Shown one piece after another: positions 53,809 through 55,491 of a stretch of DNA of 55,491 bases. The stretch's first letter is position 1. Each line of letters begins with the position of its first letter. Location of the stretch: the IMG/VR virus record IMGVR_UViG_3300021964_004668, positions 1-55,491 of that record, one strand, 5' to 3'. This DNA comes from a virus. Lineage: Duplodnaviria > Caudoviricetes. Position numbers and translations under genes: made by a program. A model generated the notes under the pieces. The model was not told the DNA's origin, did not search any database, and saw only the letters and a program-made list of their open reading frames with translations.

Positions 53809-55326
53809 ATGAGATATGTAGGTTTTTCAGAGTTTTTTCATGACGCAAGTCTTGCCATCGTCAACCAAGACGGTTCGGTAGCATTTGCGTCCCAAGCAGA
53901 ACGGTACAGTGGTCTGAAGATGGATCACTTGATACCCCCAGAGATGTGGTCGTTTGTAAATAAAGACGATCATGTCACCTACTATGAAGACGCAGATCTT
54001 CGTAGGGAGAAGATGGGTGGTATGCGTACCTTCCAAAATAATCCAGATGTTGCTAGAAAGGCAAAACGAGGTTGGATTGATACCGCATACCCCATGCGGA
54101 ACTCGCTTACCTTTGATACCTTCAACGAACATCACGAGAGTCATTGTGCTCTCGCATTTCTGACTCGTCCGTGGGAATCAAAAGAAGATACCGTCATGGT
54201 GTCGGTAGATGGTTCTGGTGAACTTGAGTCTCTGGTCATCAAAGACCACAACTTCAAGACAATCAAACAAATACTGTGGCCTCAGTCCTTGGGATCTATG
54301 TACGGGACAGTAACATCTGCTCTCGGATTCAAGGCATTGCGAGACGAATATATTGTCATGGGTCTGGCATCCTACGGTGAGGTAGACCAGACCCTATATG
54401 ACATCCTTCGCAATATGTACTATTGGTTTGAAAGTGAGCATGGTCGTAATGTGAGGCAGATAGTGGATTTTGAGGGACACTGTATTGCGGAGAGTGCCTT
54501 GTCTGCGAAGTATGTTGACTATGAAAACAAGATCCTGAAACGAATCAAGGGTATCTCTGAAGAAGATGCCAGTGCGTCTATACAGAAGTTCTTTGAGGAC
54601 GAAGTACTCAAGGTGATGCAAGAGGCTCGTAAGTACGGTTCTAAACTCGTCTATAGTGGTGGGTGTGCACAGAATGTCACTGCCAACTCTAAGATTCGCG
54701 AACTGTTCGATGATATGCATATTGCTATTGCACCTAATGATGCGGGTAACGCACTAGGGTGTGCCCTGTACTCGTGGCACAAGGCCACAGGCGGGGACAA
54801 TGTAAAGTGTAGTCCTTACCTTGGTCACAACATTGATCGTCCCATAGACCCTAAGATGGTCGCTCAGTACCTTGTTGATATCAAGATATGTGGTGTTGCG
54901 AATGGTCGTGCAGAGTACGGCCCTCGTGCACTGGGTAATCGTTCTCTGTTGGCAGATGTGCGATATGATGTAAAGGATACTGTGAATACAATCAAACGTA
55001 GACATAAGTTTAGACCCTTTGCACCCGCTATCCTTTCTGAGTACGCTGACGAGTATTTTGAAGGGCCTATGAACGAGTATATGCAGTACACCGCAAAGGC
55101 AAAGCATGACTACTCATCGGTCACCCATGTAGATGGTACAGCAAGGGTACAACTGGTCAAACCTGACTGTGAGTCTGTCCTACGTCCGATTCTAGAGGAG
55201 TATTACGAGTTGACGGGTGTTCCTATGTTACTAAATACATCTCTGAACATACGCAACAGACCGATGGTGAACACCATAGAAGATGCGGAAGAGTGGGAAC
55301 GTAAGTACAATGTAAAGGTATTCTAA
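53809..55326 (+). CDS. carbamoyltransferase (NodU/CmcH family)
   Basis: FHDAS, EHHESH, VDGSGE, VMGLASYG, YSGGCAQN, EYGPRALGNRS, FRPFAP, HVDGTARVQ, LLNTSLN. Confidence 0.95.
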   Translation: MRYVGFSEFFHDASLAIVNQDGSVAFASQAERYSGLKMDHLIPPEMWSFVNKDDHVTYYEDADLRREKMGGMRTFQNNPDVARKAKRGWIDTAYPMRNSLTFDTFNEHHESHCALAFLTRPWESKEDTVMVSVDGSGELESLVIKDHNFKTIKQILWPQSLGSMYGTVTSALGFKALRDEYIVMGLASYGEVDQTLYDILRNMYYWFESEHGRNVRQIVDFEGHCIAESALSAKYVDYENKILKRIKGISEEDASASIQKFFEDEVLKVMQEARKYGSKLVYSGGCAQNVTANSKIRELFDDMHIAIAPNDAGNALGCALYSWHKATGGDNVKCSPYLGHNIDRPIDPKMVAQYLVDIKICGVANGRAEYGPRALGNRSLLADVRYDVKDTVNTIKRRHKFRPFAPAILSEYADEYFEGPMNEYMQYTAKAKHDYSSVTHVDGTARVQLVKPDCESVLRPILEEYYELTGVPMLLNTSLNIRNRPMVNTIEDAEEWERKYNVKVF

Positions 55327-55491
55327 TGGCTGAGTGGGTAAAGACCTATGACTTGAGAGGGGGTTCCTTTGAAGAAGATAAGGAAAAGATCCTCAGACAC
55401 GTAGAGGACATAAAGCGTAATCATGACACTAGGTTCGCAAAGATGTCTAATTCTGATTACAAGTTACACAGGGATGTCAGTCGAACAACTT
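55326..55491 (+). CDS. hypothetical protein, N-terminal fragment (runs off window)
   Basis: TAATG overlap; MAEWVKTYDLRGG... open to window end. Confidence 0.6.
   Translation, partial: MAEWVKTYDLRGGSFEEDKEKILRHVEDIKRNHDTRFAKMSNSDYKLHRDVSRTT

Noticed and set aside
1-55491. CRISPR arrays, tRNA or tmRNA genes
   Set aside because: No regularly spaced repeats or cloverleaf/T-loop signatures seen, and intergenic gaps are short. Checked by eye only; tRNAscan or ARAGORN would confirm.
1-55491. Stop-codon reassignment
   Set aside because: TAA, TGA and TAG all end genes at sensible positions and core genes are unbroken

Overview
A 55.5-kb segment of a large T4-like myovirus genome, probably aquatic, with a Gram-negative host (inferred from spanins, lipoproteins and CsgG). 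Genes are almost all on the + strand and use the standard code. I saw no tRNAs, CRISPR arrays, introns or inteins. Contents in order: a replication block (gp62, regA, hsp20, gp43, an AEP-like primase, uvsX, gp40-like, gp41, thyX) with sugar-modifying genes; a divergent late-promoter pair driving a desaturase on the - strand and, on the + strand, an operon of two small membrane proteins, CsgF, CsgG, a curlin-like protein, a FecR-domain protein and a CHASE2 adenylate cyclase; early genes behind repeated sigma70 promoter/leader cassettes; glyA and a peroxiredoxin; a ~12-kb late cluster whose proteins start with T4-type capsid-targeting sequences (nuclease-like, RNA-ligase-like, NMNAT-like and apparent polyproteins); a lysis cassette; nrdA fused to glutaredoxin, and nrdB; phoH, lysozyme, a glycosyltransferase and a carbamoyltransferase. 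The best candidates for new biology are the curli-FecR-cyclase envelope module and the capsid-packaged enzyme cluster. Product calls come from motif recognition by eye; no database search was run.
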